The notes under the pieces are model-generated. The model was not told the origin of the DNA. It was given only the letters and a program-made list of their open reading frames with translations, and searched no databases. A stretch of 64,000 nt of DNA from Rhodospirillales bacterium (GTDB lineage: Bacteria; Pseudomonadota; Alphaproteobacteria; Rhodospirillales; Thalassospiraceae), in assembly GCA_019634165.1 (NCBI GenBank), contig JAHQVT010000012.1:117528-181527 (forward strand). Direction: 5' to 3'. Position 1 is the stretch's first letter, and the number at the start of each line of letters is the position of its first letter. Of this stretch, positions 28,510 to 38,814 are shown piece by piece. Position numbers and translations under genes: made by a program.

Positions 28510-29280
28510 TTACCAGCAGGTGTAACCCCCATCAGCCAATACGATGGATCCGGTCATCAGGCTGGAGGCGTCTGAGGCAAGGAACAGCACAACCGATCCG
28601 ATTTCTTCGGTTTCGCCCAGTCGGGCCATCGGGGTGCCATTGATCCATGCGTCATACATTTCCGGCTTGGATTTCACGAATTCATTTAATGGTGTTGCGA
28701 TATAGGTCGGTGCAACCGCATTGACGCGCACACCTCGCCCACCCCATTCGGCGGCAAGTGATTTGGTCAGGTGATGCACAGCGGCCTTGGATGCGTTGTA
28801 ATAAGCCTGTTCTTGCGGCTTGTTGACGATAAAGCCTGACATGGAACCGACATTGACAATCACGCCGTTTTTCTTGGCCAGCATCTGTTTGCCAAATTCA
28901 CGGCAGCACCAGAATGTGCCGTTCAAATTGACATCAATGACATTCAGCCAATGTTCGTCGGCGACATTTTCAGCCGGGGTTTCCGAACGCGCGATACCGG
29001 CATTGTTCACCAGAATGTCGATGCCGCCTTCGCGGGCCATTTTGTAGGCACTTGCCCGGACCTGATCGGTATTGGTGACATCCATGATATCGATATCGGC
29101 CGAGTACCCTTTGGATTTCAGGTAATCACGGCCTTCTTCGGCGACACCTTCGCTGATATCGCCAATGACAACATGTGCGCCTGCTTCTGCCAAAGCTTCG
29201 CAGCAAGACAGTCCGATGGCGCGACCACCACCGGTGACATAGGCACGACGCCCGGAAAGATCGAACTTTTTAAGGTACAT
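28510..29280 (-). CDS. SDR family polyol dehydrogenase
   Basis: TGGGRAIG, NNAG, YNASK, VNKPQ motif typical of the sugar-alcohol dehydrogenase clade. Confidence 0.88.
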   Translation of the reverse strand: MYLKKFDLSGRRAYVTGGGRAIGLSCCEALAEAGAHVVIGDISEGVAEEGRDYLKSKGYSADIDIMDVTNTDQVRASAYKMAREGGIDILVNNAGIARSETPAENVADEHWLNVIDVNLNGTFWCCREFGKQMLAKKNGVIVNVGSMSGFIVNKPQEQAYYNASKAAVHHLTKSLAAEWGGRGVRVNAVAPTYIATPLNEFVKSKPEMYDAWINGTPMARLGETEEIGSVVLFLASDASSLMTGSIVLADGGYTCW

Positions 29281-29362
29281 TTTGGTCTCACACTTCTTCT
29301 TTGTCTGGTAAGGCGGGATCGCAAAACGCGTGGGAATTATGCGACCCGTTTATTCATGTTTT

Positions 29363-30370
29363 TTAGGACGCCGCCACTGCAAGCCCTTGGGCATCAAAGC
29401 GATGGATGCGATCCGGTTCAGGGGTTAGGAAGATTTTGTCATGCTCACCCAAGGGCACTTCGCCGGTGGCGCGCACCGTCATTGGGCCATATTCATCGGC
29501 CACGACATGTAGATATGTCTCAGCCCCAAGATGTTCGGCGATTTTGACGGTTGCGGCGATCTCGCCGCTTTCGGTGCTTACGGCAAGATGTTCTGGGCGA
29601 ACGCCGATCTCGTGGCAGGTGTGTTTTGCGGCAAGCTCCCCGCCAAGGAAGTTCATTTTCGGCGAGCCAATGAAACCAGCGACGAATTTGTTGGCCGGTT
29701 TGCTATAGAGATCCATCGGTTTGCCGACTTGCTCAACCCGGCCTGCTTGCAGCACCACAATTTTGTCGGCCATGGTCATGGCTTCGACCTGATCATGGGT
29801 CACATAGATCATGGTGGTTTTCAGTTCCTGATGCAGACCGGTGATTTCCAGACGCATATTGACGCGAAGGGCGGCATCAAGGTTCGATAACGGTTCGTCA
29901 AACAGGAAGGCTGCCGGGTTACGGACAATCGCACGGCCAATGGCAACGCGCTGTCGCTGACCGCCTGATAGGGCGCCGGGGCGTCGTTCAAGATAATCCG
30001 TCAGATTAAGGATTTTCGCCGCACTTTGGACTTTTTCGTTGATAACTTCTTTGCTTTCGCCAGCCATTTTCAGACCAAAAGCAATGTTGTTATAAACCGT
30101 CATATGCGGATAAAGCGCATAGGACTGAAAGACCATCGACAGGCCACGTTTGGCCGGTGCTTCGTTGGCAACGTCGGTTCCGTCAATCAGGATTTTACCG
30201 TCGGTGACATCTTCAAGCCCGGCAATCAGACGCAGCAAAGTTGATTTGCCACAGCCTGACGGGCCAACAAAGACAACGAACTCACCATCATTGATTTCAA
30301 GATCGACACCCGGAATCACATCCAGCGTTCCGAAGGTTTTCTTGACTTTCTCCAGTCGGATAGCACCCAT
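29363..30370 (-). CDS. smoK: Polyol ABC transporter ATP-binding protein
   Basis: [34 protein letters not shown]. Confidence 0.9.
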   Translation of the reverse strand: MGAIRLEKVKKTFGTLDVIPGVDLEINDGEFVVFVGPSGCGKSTLLRLIAGLEDVTDGKILIDGTDVANEAPAKRGLSMVFQSYALYPHMTVYNNIAFGLKMAGESKEVINEKVQSAAKILNLTDYLERRPGALSGGQRQRVAIGRAIVRNPAAFLFDEPLSNLDAALRVNMRLEITGLHQELKTTMIYVTHDQVEAMTMADKIVVLQAGRVEQVGKPMDLYSKPANKFVAGFIGSPKMNFLGGELAAKHTCHEIGVRPEHLAVSTESGEIAATVKIAEHLGAETYLHVVADEYGPMTVRATGEVPLGEHDKIFLTPEPDRIHRFDAQGLAVAAS

Positions 30371-30409
30371 TTTGGTGTTCCTTCTTACTATATTTCGATA
30401 GGGCAGCGG

Positions 30410-31240
30410 TTACTTGACCGCGCCAAATGTCAAACCACGAACAAGCTGTTTCTGAGAGAACCAGCCAATCACCAGGATCGGTGCAACAGCCAATGTTGAG
30501 GCAGCGGAAAGCTTTGCCCAGAACAGCCCTTCCGGACTGGAATAGGACGCGATGAAAGCTGTCAGCGGTGCCGCATCGGATGTTGTCAGATTGAGTGTCC
30601 AGAAGGCTTCATTCCACGCCAGAATCACATTGAGCAGCATGGTCGATGCAATGCCGGGAACCGCCATGGGCAACAGCACAAAGATGATTTCCTTGGGCAG
30701 GGTTGCGCCATCCATTCGCGCAGCTTCAAGAATGTCGGTCGGGATTTCTTTGAAATAGGTGTAAAGCATCCAGACCATGATCGGCAGGTTCATCAAAAAC
30801 AGAACCATGATCAAGCCAAACCGGGTATCAAGCAGGCCCCAATCGCGGAACAAAAGATAAATCGGCACAAGAACACCAACCGGTGGCATCATCTTGGTCG
30901 AAAGCATCCAAAGAAGCGCATTCTTGGTGCGTTTGGTCGGGTTAAACGCCATGGCCCATGCACAGGTCACAGCAAAGACCAAACCAACCAGCGTTGATCC
31001 GACGGCCAGAATGACGGAGTTCATGGCGAACTTGAAATAGTTCGACCGTTCCTGAACCTCGGCATAGTTTTCCAACGTCCAGTCAAAGGAAATGAAGCTG
31101 GGCGGGATTGAGACGGCTTCAAGTTCGGACTTGAAGCTTGTCAGGACCATCCAGAAAATCGGGAAGAAGATCAGAAGGCCGACAATCCAGGCAAATACCG
31201 AAAAACTGATATAGCCAAGGGGTGTTTGTTTGTTTTCCAT
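30410..31240 (-). CDS. smoG: Polyol ABC transporter permease
   Basis: EAARMDGA, WMLSTKMMPPVG, SQKQLVRGLTFGAVK. Confidence 0.9.
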   Translation of the reverse strand: MENKQTPLGYISFSVFAWIVGLLIFFPIFWMVLTSFKSELEAVSIPPSFISFDWTLENYAEVQERSNYFKFAMNSVILAVGSTLVGLVFAVTCAWAMAFNPTKRTKNALLWMLSTKMMPPVGVLVPIYLLFRDWGLLDTRFGLIMVLFLMNLPIMVWMLYTYFKEIPTDILEAARMDGATLPKEIIFVLLPMAVPGIASTMLLNVILAWNEAFWTLNLTTSDAAPLTAFIASYSSPEGLFWAKLSAASTLAVAPILVIGWFSQKQLVRGLTFGAVK

Positions 31241-31250
31241 GTCGTGCCCC

Positions 31251-32123
31251 TTAATTATCCAGATTTTTGCCGATAAGGCGGATCAGGAAGATCGCCACGA
31301 TATTGGCCAGAATGACAGCGACAATGCCGCCAGCCGAAGCACCGCCAACGTCGTACTGCAACAAGGCCTGCGTATAGACAAGGAAGGCAATGTTGGTCGT
31401 CGCCAAACCCGGGCCACCACCCGTGGTGACAAAGATTTCAGCAAAGACGGTCAGCAGGAAAATGGTTTCGATCAGGACGACAACCGTGATCGCACGGCTA
31501 AGATGGGGCAGCGTAATATAGAAAAAGATAGAGACCGGACCGGCTCCATCCATCTGGGCGGCTTCTTTTTGATCGCGGTCAAGCGATTGAAGTGCGGTCA
31601 GAAGGATCAGCACAGCAAAGGGCAACCATTGCCAAGACACCATGATAATGATCGATGTCAGGGGGATGTTGGTGAACCAGTCAATGGCAGGCAATCCCAG
31701 CAAGCTGGCAAGCCAGGCAAACATCCCTGAAACCGGGTCCATCAAAAGGTTTTTCCAAACCAGTGCATTCACGGTCGGCATAATGAAGAAAGGTGCGATT
31801 ACCAGCAGGCGCAAAATGCCACGCCCGAAAATCGGCTGATCAAGCATCAAGCCAAGAAGGATGCCGCCAACCACGGTAATGACTAAAACTGAGCCGACAA
31901 GCAAAAGCGTGTTTGTCAGCGAGGCAAAGAACGCCGGGTCGGTCAGGAAAAATTCGTAATTGAGTGTGCCGATCCATTCTTCCATTCCCGGCGACAGCAG
32001 ATTGTAGCGCAGGAAGGAGAAATAAATCGTCATGCCCAGCGGGACGGCCATCCACAAGAACAGGACGATGATCGACGGTGCGGACATAATACGCCCGGTA
32101 AGGGTCGAGGCCCGTGTCGACAT
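31251..32123 (-). CDS. smoF: Polyol ABC transporter permease
   Basis: Start re-called to ATG 32123; WQWLPFA, EAAQMDGA, GGGPGLATTN. Confidence 0.9.
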   Translation of the reverse strand: MSTRASTLTGRIMSAPSIIVLFLWMAVPLGMTIYFSFLRYNLLSPGMEEWIGTLNYEFFLTDPAFFASLTNTLLLVGSVLVITVVGGILLGLMLDQPIFGRGILRLLVIAPFFIMPTVNALVWKNLLMDPVSGMFAWLASLLGLPAIDWFTNIPLTSIIIMVSWQWLPFAVLILLTALQSLDRDQKEAAQMDGAGPVSIFFYITLPHLSRAITVVVLIETIFLLTVFAEIFVTTGGGPGLATTNIAFLVYTQALLQYDVGGASAGGIVAVILANIVAIFLIRLIGKNLDN

Positions 32124-32277
32124 GATGTGATCCCCCGAAATTGATGTTGATGCCCCAGTCCGGATGGAAAGAGGGTGGCGATTGTTTACAATCCCCACCC
32201 CAAGTTCATCAGGTCAAGGAGGCAGGCCAGACATCATTTCATGAAATGAGATGAAGTGAAGTCTGGCCCGTGGTGCA

Positions 32278-33588
32278 TCAGTAGTAGCCAGCTTTGCGCA
32301 TGGTACGATCAGTGCTTGATTGTGCGGCCGAAAGGGCCTCAGCAACACTGGACTGACCGGCAAGGGCTGCAGAGAACTGCTGACCAACGATCGTACCGAT
32401 ACCCTGGAATTCCGGGATCGCAGCGAACTGGACACCGATATAGGGTTTCGGTTTCAGGGTGGAGTTAACCGGATCAGCACTTTCGATAGCAGCAAGGGTT
32501 TTTGCCGCGAACGGTGCTGCTGAGGTGTATTCCGGGTTTTTATAAAGCGACATACGGGTTCCCGGAGGAACGTTTGCCCAACCTTCTTTGGAAGCAACCA
32601 GTTCCAGATATTCTTTCGAGGTCGCCCAAGCGATGAATTTCTGAGCAGCTTCGACTTTCTGGGAGCCCATTGGGATACCAAGGTTCCAAGCCCAGAGCCA
32701 GTTGGCGCCATTACAAGTCACAGCACATGGTGATTCGGTGAAGCCAACTTTGTCGGCGACTTTGGAGTCTTTTGGGTTGGTGACAAAGGATGCTGCAACC
32801 GTTGCATCAATCCACATGCCACATTTGCCGGAGTTGAACAGCGACAGGTTTTCGTTAAACCCGTTCGAGGTTGCACCCGGAGGACCATAGTTACCAAGGA
32901 TGTTGGTATACATGTCCAGCGCGGTTTTCCATTCTGGGCCGTCGAAGGTTGGTTTCCATTCTTCGTCGAACCAGCGAGCGCCATAAGCGTTGCCCATGGT
33001 CGTAATCAGCGCCATGTTTTCGCCCCAGCCGGCTTTGCCGCGCAGGCAGATGCCATATACGCCGTTATCCGGATCATGGAGTTTTTGGGCGATCTCAAGG
33101 GTCTGATCCCAAGTAAGACGGCCATCAATTTTGATGCCGGCTTTTTCGAACAGATCCGTGCGATACATCATCATCGAGCTTTCGCCGTAAAACGGCGCAG
33201 CATAAAGAGCATCATCCTTGGAAACGGCTGAACGGATTGCTGGCATGATGTCGTCGACATCATAGTCTGCACCAAGGCCATCAAGCGGTGCCAACCAGCC
33301 TTTTTCGGCCCAGATCGGAACTTCATACGTTCCGATGGTCATCACGTCATACTGGCCACCTTTGGTGGCAATGTCGGTGGTAACCCGCTGACGCAGGGTG
33401 TTTTCTTCGAGCGTTACCCACTCAAGAGAAATGTCGGGGTTTTTGGCAGTGAAATCACCCGTCAGCTTCTGCATGCGGATCATGTCACCATTGTTCACGG
33501 TGGCGATGGTTAGTTTTGTTTCGGCATTGGCGTGTGCGATACCGCCTGCCAACAGCGCACCAAGCGCTGCTCCCATTACGCGTTTCAT
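32278..33588 (-). CDS. smoE: Polyol (sorbitol/mannitol-type) ABC substrate-binding protein
   Basis: Signal peptide; ATVNNGDMIRMQ, RQRVTTDIATKGGQYD, RGKAGWGEN, WLWAW, PYIGVQFAAIPEFQGIG. Confidence 0.9.
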   Translation of the reverse strand: MKRVMGAALGALLAGGIAHANAETKLTIATVNNGDMIRMQKLTGDFTAKNPDISLEWVTLEENTLRQRVTTDIATKGGQYDVMTIGTYEVPIWAEKGWLAPLDGLGADYDVDDIMPAIRSAVSKDDALYAAPFYGESSMMMYRTDLFEKAGIKIDGRLTWDQTLEIAQKLHDPDNGVYGICLRGKAGWGENMALITTMGNAYGARWFDEEWKPTFDGPEWKTALDMYTNILGNYGPPGATSNGFNENLSLFNSGKCGMWIDATVAASFVTNPKDSKVADKVGFTESPCAVTCNGANWLWAWNLGIPMGSQKVEAAQKFIAWATSKEYLELVASKEGWANVPPGTRMSLYKNPEYTSAAPFAAKTLAAIESADPVNSTLKPKPYIGVQFAAIPEFQGIGTIVGQQFSAALAGQSSVAEALSAAQSSTDRTMRKAGYY

Positions 33589-33640
33589 GTTTCCTCCCAA
33601 AAGGACTATCTACCCGTTGAGCAATTTGAATTGCCCGTCT

Positions 33641-33673
33641 TGATCATTTGTTCAGGTGATGAGCATTCACTCA
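33641..33673. promoter_or_regulatory. Tandem candidate operators for the SorC/SmoC-type regulator
   Basis: TGATCATTTGTTCA (33641-33654) and TGAGCATTCACTCA (33660-33673), both TGA-N8-TCA dyads upstream of smoE. Confidence 0.55.
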
Positions 33674-33724
33674 ATTTCAAGCAAGCTTGTCAAACTAATT
33701 CGTTTTTGCGGCGCACAAGATAAA

Positions 33725-33747
33725 CCCTGCCAACCGGGTTGGCAGGG
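33725..33747 (-). terminator. Hairpin/terminator downstream of smoC
   Basis: CCCTGCCAAC / GTTGGCAGGG 10-bp inverted repeat. Confidence 0.55.
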
Positions 33748-33784
33748 CGACTAAGTCTTTCATTCTTGCAAGGTAGCAGGCGTG

Positions 33785-34735
33785 CTATTGCAGCAAAGCT
33801 TCTGCTGTTGCTTCGTCGGTTATTAGGGTGGATAGCAGTTTGCCGCGCATGGCACCGCGAATCGCTGCGACCTTTTTCGCGCCCTTGGCAACCGCGATGG
33901 TGTTGGAGGCCGGCTGTAATGCGGGGGCGCTGGTGACACAATGATTAACCGGATGGTCCAAAATATTGCCGTCCGGATCAAAGGACCAACTGATTACTTC
34001 ACCAATTGCACCAGCATCGCGGAGCGAAGACAGCTCGTTTTTAGTAATGAAGCCATCAATGTGAAGTGGTGCGTCATCGCCAAGATGACCAACACCGATA
34101 AACCGAATGTCGGCTTCACGTGCGAGTTTCAGGATATTATCCATCGGCGGCTGGGTCTGCATCCGTTCGCGCATTTTCGGATCTTCGATAATGACTGGAA
34201 TGGGCAACGGATAATGCGGCGCACGGGTACGGTCGGCCAAATCGGTCACCGCATCATAGAAACTTGCTGCCCCGTCATGGGCAATGGTGCCGACCAAGGA
34301 GACGATCTTGTGATGGCGGCCATCAACACGGCCGACTTCATCGACCATGGCGCGCATCGCACGACCTGTTCCCAATGCAATGATCTGGGGTTCGGATGAT
34401 TGCAGCGCACGTTCAAGATAGTTTGCCGCAGCCTGTGCCATGCCAAACATTGCTTCGGGGGCTGCGGGATCGGTTGGCACCACATCGCAACTTACCAGAT
34501 CGTATTGTTCGCAGATGGCTTTGCCCAGTTCCATGCAATGGGCAATTGGGTGATCAAGGCGTACCTTCACAAGCCCTTCGCTAACAGCAGCCGAGACAAG
34601 GCGCTGTGCGGTTGGCCGCGAGACCCCCAGTTTGTGGGCGATCTCGTCTTGGGTGTTTCCAGCACAATAATAAAGCCAGCCAGCGCGGGCGGCTTCATCA
34701 AGTCGGGCCGCTTCCTTGCGGGTTCTTTTTACCAT
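33785..34735 (-). CDS. smoC: SorC/DeoR sugar-binding transcriptional regulator
   Basis: AARAGWLYY, TQDEIAHKLGVSR, GTGRAMRA, GAIGEVISW; start re-called to ATG 34735. Confidence 0.9.
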   Translation of the reverse strand: MVKRTRKEAARLDEAARAGWLYYCAGNTQDEIAHKLGVSRPTAQRLVSAAVSEGLVKVRLDHPIAHCMELGKAICEQYDLVSCDVVPTDPAAPEAMFGMAQAAANYLERALQSSEPQIIALGTGRAMRAMVDEVGRVDGRHHKIVSLVGTIAHDGAASFYDAVTDLADRTRAPHYPLPIPVIIEDPKMRERMQTQPPMDNILKLAREADIRFIGVGHLGDDAPLHIDGFITKNELSSLRDAGAIGEVISWSFDPDGNILDHPVNHCVTSAPALQPASNTIAVAKGAKKVAAIRGAMRGKLLSTLITDEATAEALLQ

Positions 34736-34867
34736 CCGATTCCCCCGAAAGTTTTTGTTCTTCATCTATAAGCGGGCAGGCGGCGGGCGATTTCATCCCT
34801 GAAGTCTTATTCTTTTCCCTAGCGCCTTTTGGCGGTTGTTACCAGTCTCTATGCGTCTATATACGCC

Positions 34868-34897
34868 AAAACCCGCCCAAAGTTGGACGGGTTTTGG
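34868..34897 (-). terminator. Terminator downstream of asd
   Basis: CAAAACCCG...CGGGTTTTG inverted repeat. Confidence 0.6.
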
Positions 34898-34917
34898 TTT
34901 GAATTCGGTGATGAAGA

Positions 34918-35943
34918 TCACTTTTTAGGTAGGAATTCCGCGACCAGTTTTTCTGCAATCTGAACGGCGTTAAGGGCCGCACCCTTACGCAGGTTGTCGC
35001 CAACACACCAAAGTGACAGGCCGTTTTCAACGGTTGGGTCTTTGCGAACGCGCGATATAAAGACATTGTCTTCACCCTGAACTTCCTGCGGGGTGACATA
35101 CCCTTCGTCCTGACGGTAATCGACAACCGAAACGCCGGGGAATGCTTTCATTGCCTTGCGGGCATCTTCAACCGTGATCGGTTTTGCAAATTCGATATTT
35201 ACCGCTTCGCCGTGGCCGACAAAGACTGGAACACGAACGCAGGTTGCGTGAACGGCGATCTCAGACGGTGCAAGGATTTTGCGAGTCTCGACCGACATTT
35301 TCCATTCTTCGCGGGTCGCACCATCATCCATGAAGCTGTCGATATGCGGGATAACGTTAAAGGCGATCTGTTTGGTGAATTCTTCTTTTTTCGGAAGATC
35401 ATTCACATAGATGCCCTTGGTCTGGTTGAACAGTTCGTCCATGGCGGCACGACCGGCACCAGATACCGACTGATAGGTCGAAACGACAACGCGTTTGATC
35501 GTCGCCATGTCATGAAGCGGTTTAAGTGCCAGTACCATCTGAATGGTTGAGCAGTTCGGGTTGGCAATGATGTTCTTTTTGGCGTAACCGGCAAGGGCTT
35601 CACCATTGACTTCGGGCACGATCAGCGGAACGCCCGGCTCCATGCGCCAATAGCTTGAATTGTCGATCACGACACAGCCCGCTTCAGCAGCCTTAGGGGC
35701 CAGTTTCTTGGCGGTTTCACCACCGGCAGAAAACAGGGCGATATCGACTTTGGAAAAATCGAAGGTCGCGGAGTCCAGAACGCCGAGGTCGGTATCATCG
35801 CCATATCCAACCGTGCGGCCAATCGATTTTGACGATGCCAGCGCAAAGATTTCATCAGCCGGGAAGTTACGTTCGGCAAGCGTATTGAGCATTTCGCGCC
35901 CGACATTTCCGGTCGCGCCGACAACGGCAATTTTATAGCCCAT
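34918..35943 (-). CDS. asd: Aspartate-semialdehyde dehydrogenase
   Basis: GATGNVG, ANPNCST, STYQSVSGAG, DNLRKGAALNAVQ. Confidence 0.97.
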   Translation of the reverse strand: MGYKIAVVGATGNVGREMLNTLAERNFPADEIFALASSKSIGRTVGYGDDTDLGVLDSATFDFSKVDIALFSAGGETAKKLAPKAAEAGCVVIDNSSYWRMEPGVPLIVPEVNGEALAGYAKKNIIANPNCSTIQMVLALKPLHDMATIKRVVVSTYQSVSGAGRAAMDELFNQTKGIYVNDLPKKEEFTKQIAFNVIPHIDSFMDDGATREEWKMSVETRKILAPSEIAVHATCVRVPVFVGHGEAVNIEFAKPITVEDARKAMKAFPGVSVVDYRQDEGYVTPQEVQGEDNVFISRVRKDPTVENGLSLWCVGDNLRKGAALNAVQIAEKLVAEFLPKK

Positions 35944-36379
35944 CAGGTGCCTCTTTTCAGTCTGTAGGGCATGTCGGCCTGATCCGGGCTGTGGATGTGA
36001 AAATCACAGCAGCAAAACGGACGGCGCAGGATACATGCCTGTGGATAATTTTTGATAATCTGCGGCGAGATGTAAGGCGTTCGGGGCAAGAGCGCAAGCG
36101 TATCCTTGAGGACCCAGCTATGATTACTACTTGAGATCGCAAAAAAATCTGGCAAAATCGTAACTGGGGTTCATGTGTCGAACCGAAAATCAGAATCGTT
36201 TTGCATCAAGCTTGGTTGATTTCTGTTTTTGGGCATATGGCGATGACTTTGCCTGTTCCAAATCCTGGCTACCTTCCGGACGGTTTGATCGAACGATCCT
36301 GATGTTGGGTCCGATGCATATATGCGGCATGTACGCATATGGGGCGATCAATATTCCGACTTTGAAAGAAGGACGGCCA

Positions 36380-37615
36380 ATGACGTACCCGATGAATTTG
36401 GATTGGACACAGAAAAAGGTTCTCGATTTCTTTCGGGAACACGTCACGCGCGGAACATTGGTTTTTCGCGTGGATGACAAGCATGAAGTTGTTTTGGGGG
36501 ATGGAACAAGCCCCCGTGCGGCAATGACAATACCCGATTGGGCCAATACGCTTAAAATGGCGCTGACCCCTGATCCGGGTTTTGGCGAAGCTTTTATGCA
36601 TGGTGGGTTCAAGGTTATCAGCGGCGAGCTGGAAGACCTGATCCGGGTGTTGCGCCTTAATTTTGAAGGCGGACATTCGGCCAACGGGTTTGGCAGTTTT
36701 CTGGAGAAACTTCAGGCGCTTAAATTCCAGATTGCGCAGTTCACGACGGTAAAAGCCGCATCCAAGCGTGTGCGCCATCATTATGATATTGGCAATGATC
36801 TTTATACCCGGTTCCTTGATCCGGAGATGCAATATTCATGTGCCTTTTGGGACGATGGGGCACAGACCCTTGAAGAAGCCCAGCATCGGAAAATGAGCCT
36901 GACCACCCAGCGCCTTAACATCAATGAACCCGGCTTGCGGGTGGTTGATATTGGCTGTGGCTGGGGTGGGCTCAGCCGGTTTATCCACCGCGAAACCGGG
37001 GCTGAAGTGCATGGCATTACATTATCGACCGAGCAATATGGCTGGGCGCAGGAAAAGCGTTCCGAGATGGGGGAGAATGCCAAATCCGGGCTTGATTATC
37101 ATCTGCTTGATTACCGGTTATTTGCCGATGCCAATGCAGGCAAATATGATCGGGTGGTGTCGGTTGGGATGTTTGAACATGTTGGGCGCCATCAGTTCAA
37201 AACGTACTTTGAAAAGGTTGCCGAACTTCTGAAGGCAGGCGGCCGTTCAGTAATTCACACCATCATCAAGCCACGACCTGAATTCACATCGCCATGGATT
37301 GATAAATACATCTTTCCGGGGGGATATATTCCGGCGGTCCACGAAGTGATCGAGGCGGCCGAACATGCCAACCTGATTGTTGAAGCATCGCATTTCCATG
37401 CGGGGCAAAATTACGCCCAGACATTGATTGCCTGGCGGGACCGTTTCCGGACCATTGCCGATCAACTTGATCCAACCAAATATGACGATGAGTTCAAACG
37501 CATGTGGGAGTTTTATCTGGCAGGCTGCATCAATGCCTTTGACGATGAGGAAGGCGGTGGCGGCATGCGGGTCGGCCAGTTTGTCTTTACCAAGCCGGGA
37601 TTTGATTATGCATGA
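36380..37615 (+). CDS. cfa: Cyclopropane-fatty-acyl-phospholipid synthase family methyltransferase
   Basis: HYDIGND, MQYSCA, DIGCGWG, SVGMFEHVG, IDKYIFPGG, RMWEFYL; start re-called to ATG 36380. Confidence 0.92.
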   Translation: MTYPMNLDWTQKKVLDFFREHVTRGTLVFRVDDKHEVVLGDGTSPRAAMTIPDWANTLKMALTPDPGFGEAFMHGGFKVISGELEDLIRVLRLNFEGGHSANGFGSFLEKLQALKFQIAQFTTVKAASKRVRHHYDIGNDLYTRFLDPEMQYSCAFWDDGAQTLEEAQHRKMSLTTQRLNINEPGLRVVDIGCGWGGLSRFIHRETGAEVHGITLSTEQYGWAQEKRSEMGENAKSGLDYHLLDYRLFADANAGKYDRVVSVGMFEHVGRHQFKTYFEKVAELLKAGGRSVIHTIIKPRPEFTSPWIDKYIFPGGYIPAVHEVIEAAEHANLIVEASHFHAGQNYAQTLIAWRDRFRTIADQLDPTKYDDEFKRMWEFYLAGCINAFDDEEGGGGMRVGQFVFTKPGFDYA

Positions 37616-37619
37616 TGAT

Positions 37620-37651
37620 ACGGGGCGGGAAACGATGGTTTCCTGCCCCGT
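37620..37651 (+). terminator. Terminator after cfa
   Basis: ACGGGGCGGGAAAC-GATG-GTTTCCTGCCCCGT stem-loop followed by TT. Confidence 0.7.
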
Positions 37652-37828
37652 TTGATTTTGGTCCCCATATGCAAGAATACGGATGCTTTTTGCTGCACAA
37701 CGAACTGCAGCATTGCCAACAAATGAAAGAACAAACGTGCCTTTGAGTTCAATACGCATCGCGTGATCGACCGGCGCGGCAGATGTGGAAAAACTGATGA
37801 ACCGGTCATTCTGTCGGGAGGAAACGAC

Positions 37829-38251
37829 ATGCTTAAAGTGATGAACTGGGATGACGCCGACCATCAGGGGAATGATGTATCCGATACTGCCCGTGCTGCA
37901 CATATCGGAACGACCGAAGATTACGTGCGGGCCTTTACCACCATCGTCCTTTCAACATGTGAACGCGATATGCTGCGCGCCCATGCCAAAGCACCAGGGC
38001 GCAAAATTACCGGACTGAGTTTGGCCAATACGGTCGGGCATTTTGGGTCCCGCATGGGTAACAAGAAATATGGGCGTCTTGCGGCTAAAGTCGCAACTGC
38101 GGCGGGTCTTCCGATGTGCCAAACAGATGTTAGTGATTATCTGGCTGCGATCTTTACCCTTGCTGAGGGCAAACAATCCGATGGTGAAGACTGGGATTGG
38201 GTGATGCATGACAATGTGGCCAAGGCGCTAGAACAGGCCGGGATGGTTTAA
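37829..38251 (+). CDS. Hypothetical protein (140 aa)
   Basis: GGGAGGA RBS before ATG 37829; AH..PG..T..LA..YG.LA...W.W.M...A.ALE pattern. Confidence 0.75.
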   Translation: MLKVMNWDDADHQGNDVSDTARAAHIGTTEDYVRAFTTIVLSTCERDMLRAHAKAPGRKITGLSLANTVGHFGSRMGNKKYGRLAAKVATAAGLPMCQTDVSDYLAAIFTLAEGKQSDGEDWDWVMHDNVAKALEQAGMV

Positions 38252-38305
38252 CGGGTAGTGATCCAAAAGCGGTTCTGAAAATTTTTTTGGAAAAGGGCGG
38301 ACCTG

Positions 38306-38332
38306 TGTAACGCGGTCCGCCCTTGTTTCGTC
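38306..38332 (+). promoter_or_regulatory. Candidate ECF41-dependent promoter
   Basis: TGTAACG-N16-CGTC upstream of the CMD gene; -35 lies in the loop of an 11-bp perfect inverted repeat (38293-38324). Confidence 0.6.
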
Positions 38333-38379
38333 CTTGTTGGCAGAAGGGAGTTTTCCCCTACTCAACAAGGAGACAACAT

Positions 38380-38814
38380 ATGAGCCGCTTTAATTTTCCT
38401 GAAATCAGCCCGAAGCTTTTTAAGGCGATGTTTGATTTGGCATCTGTTCTTGGAACGGATGGTAAAATCTCACCTGTGTTGCGTGATCTGATCGAATGCC
38501 GCGTATCGCAGATCAATCAATGTGCCTATTGTCAGCGCATGCATTCCAAAAGCTTTGCCGAGCATAGCGGTGATGCCATGAAGCTTGGGATGCTGCCTGT
38601 GTGGCGTGCGGCCAGTGGTTTTGACGATGCAGAACGCGCAGCGCTTGACTGGGCCGAATGCCTGACCGACGTTGGGTCGCAAGAACGCATTTCACAAAGT
38701 CATCGCAAGTTGCTTGATCATTTCGAAGAAGACGAAATTTCCGAGCTTACCTGCATCATTTCAACGATGAATGCCTGGAACCGTTTGGGGATTGCGCAGC
38801 ATGAGTTTGCGTAA
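38380..38814 (+). CDS. Carboxymuconolactone decarboxylase/AhpD family protein
   Basis: RVSQINQCAYCQRMH, ERAALDWAE, MNAWNRL; AAGGAG RBS. Confidence 0.92.
   Translation: MSRFNFPEISPKLFKAMFDLASVLGTDGKISPVLRDLIECRVSQINQCAYCQRMHSKSFAEHSGDAMKLGMLPVWRAASGFDDAERAALDWAECLTDVGSQERISQSHRKLLDHFEEDEISELTCIISTMNAWNRLGIAQHEFA

Noticed and set aside
32173-32200. Strong hairpin between smoE and smoF
   Set aside because: Standard mRNA-stabilising stem after a binding-protein gene in ABC operons
35957-36142. Possible leader peptide or riboswitch upstream of asd
   Set aside because: TTG start with no run of regulatory codons; no SAM or lysine riboswitch consensus recognised
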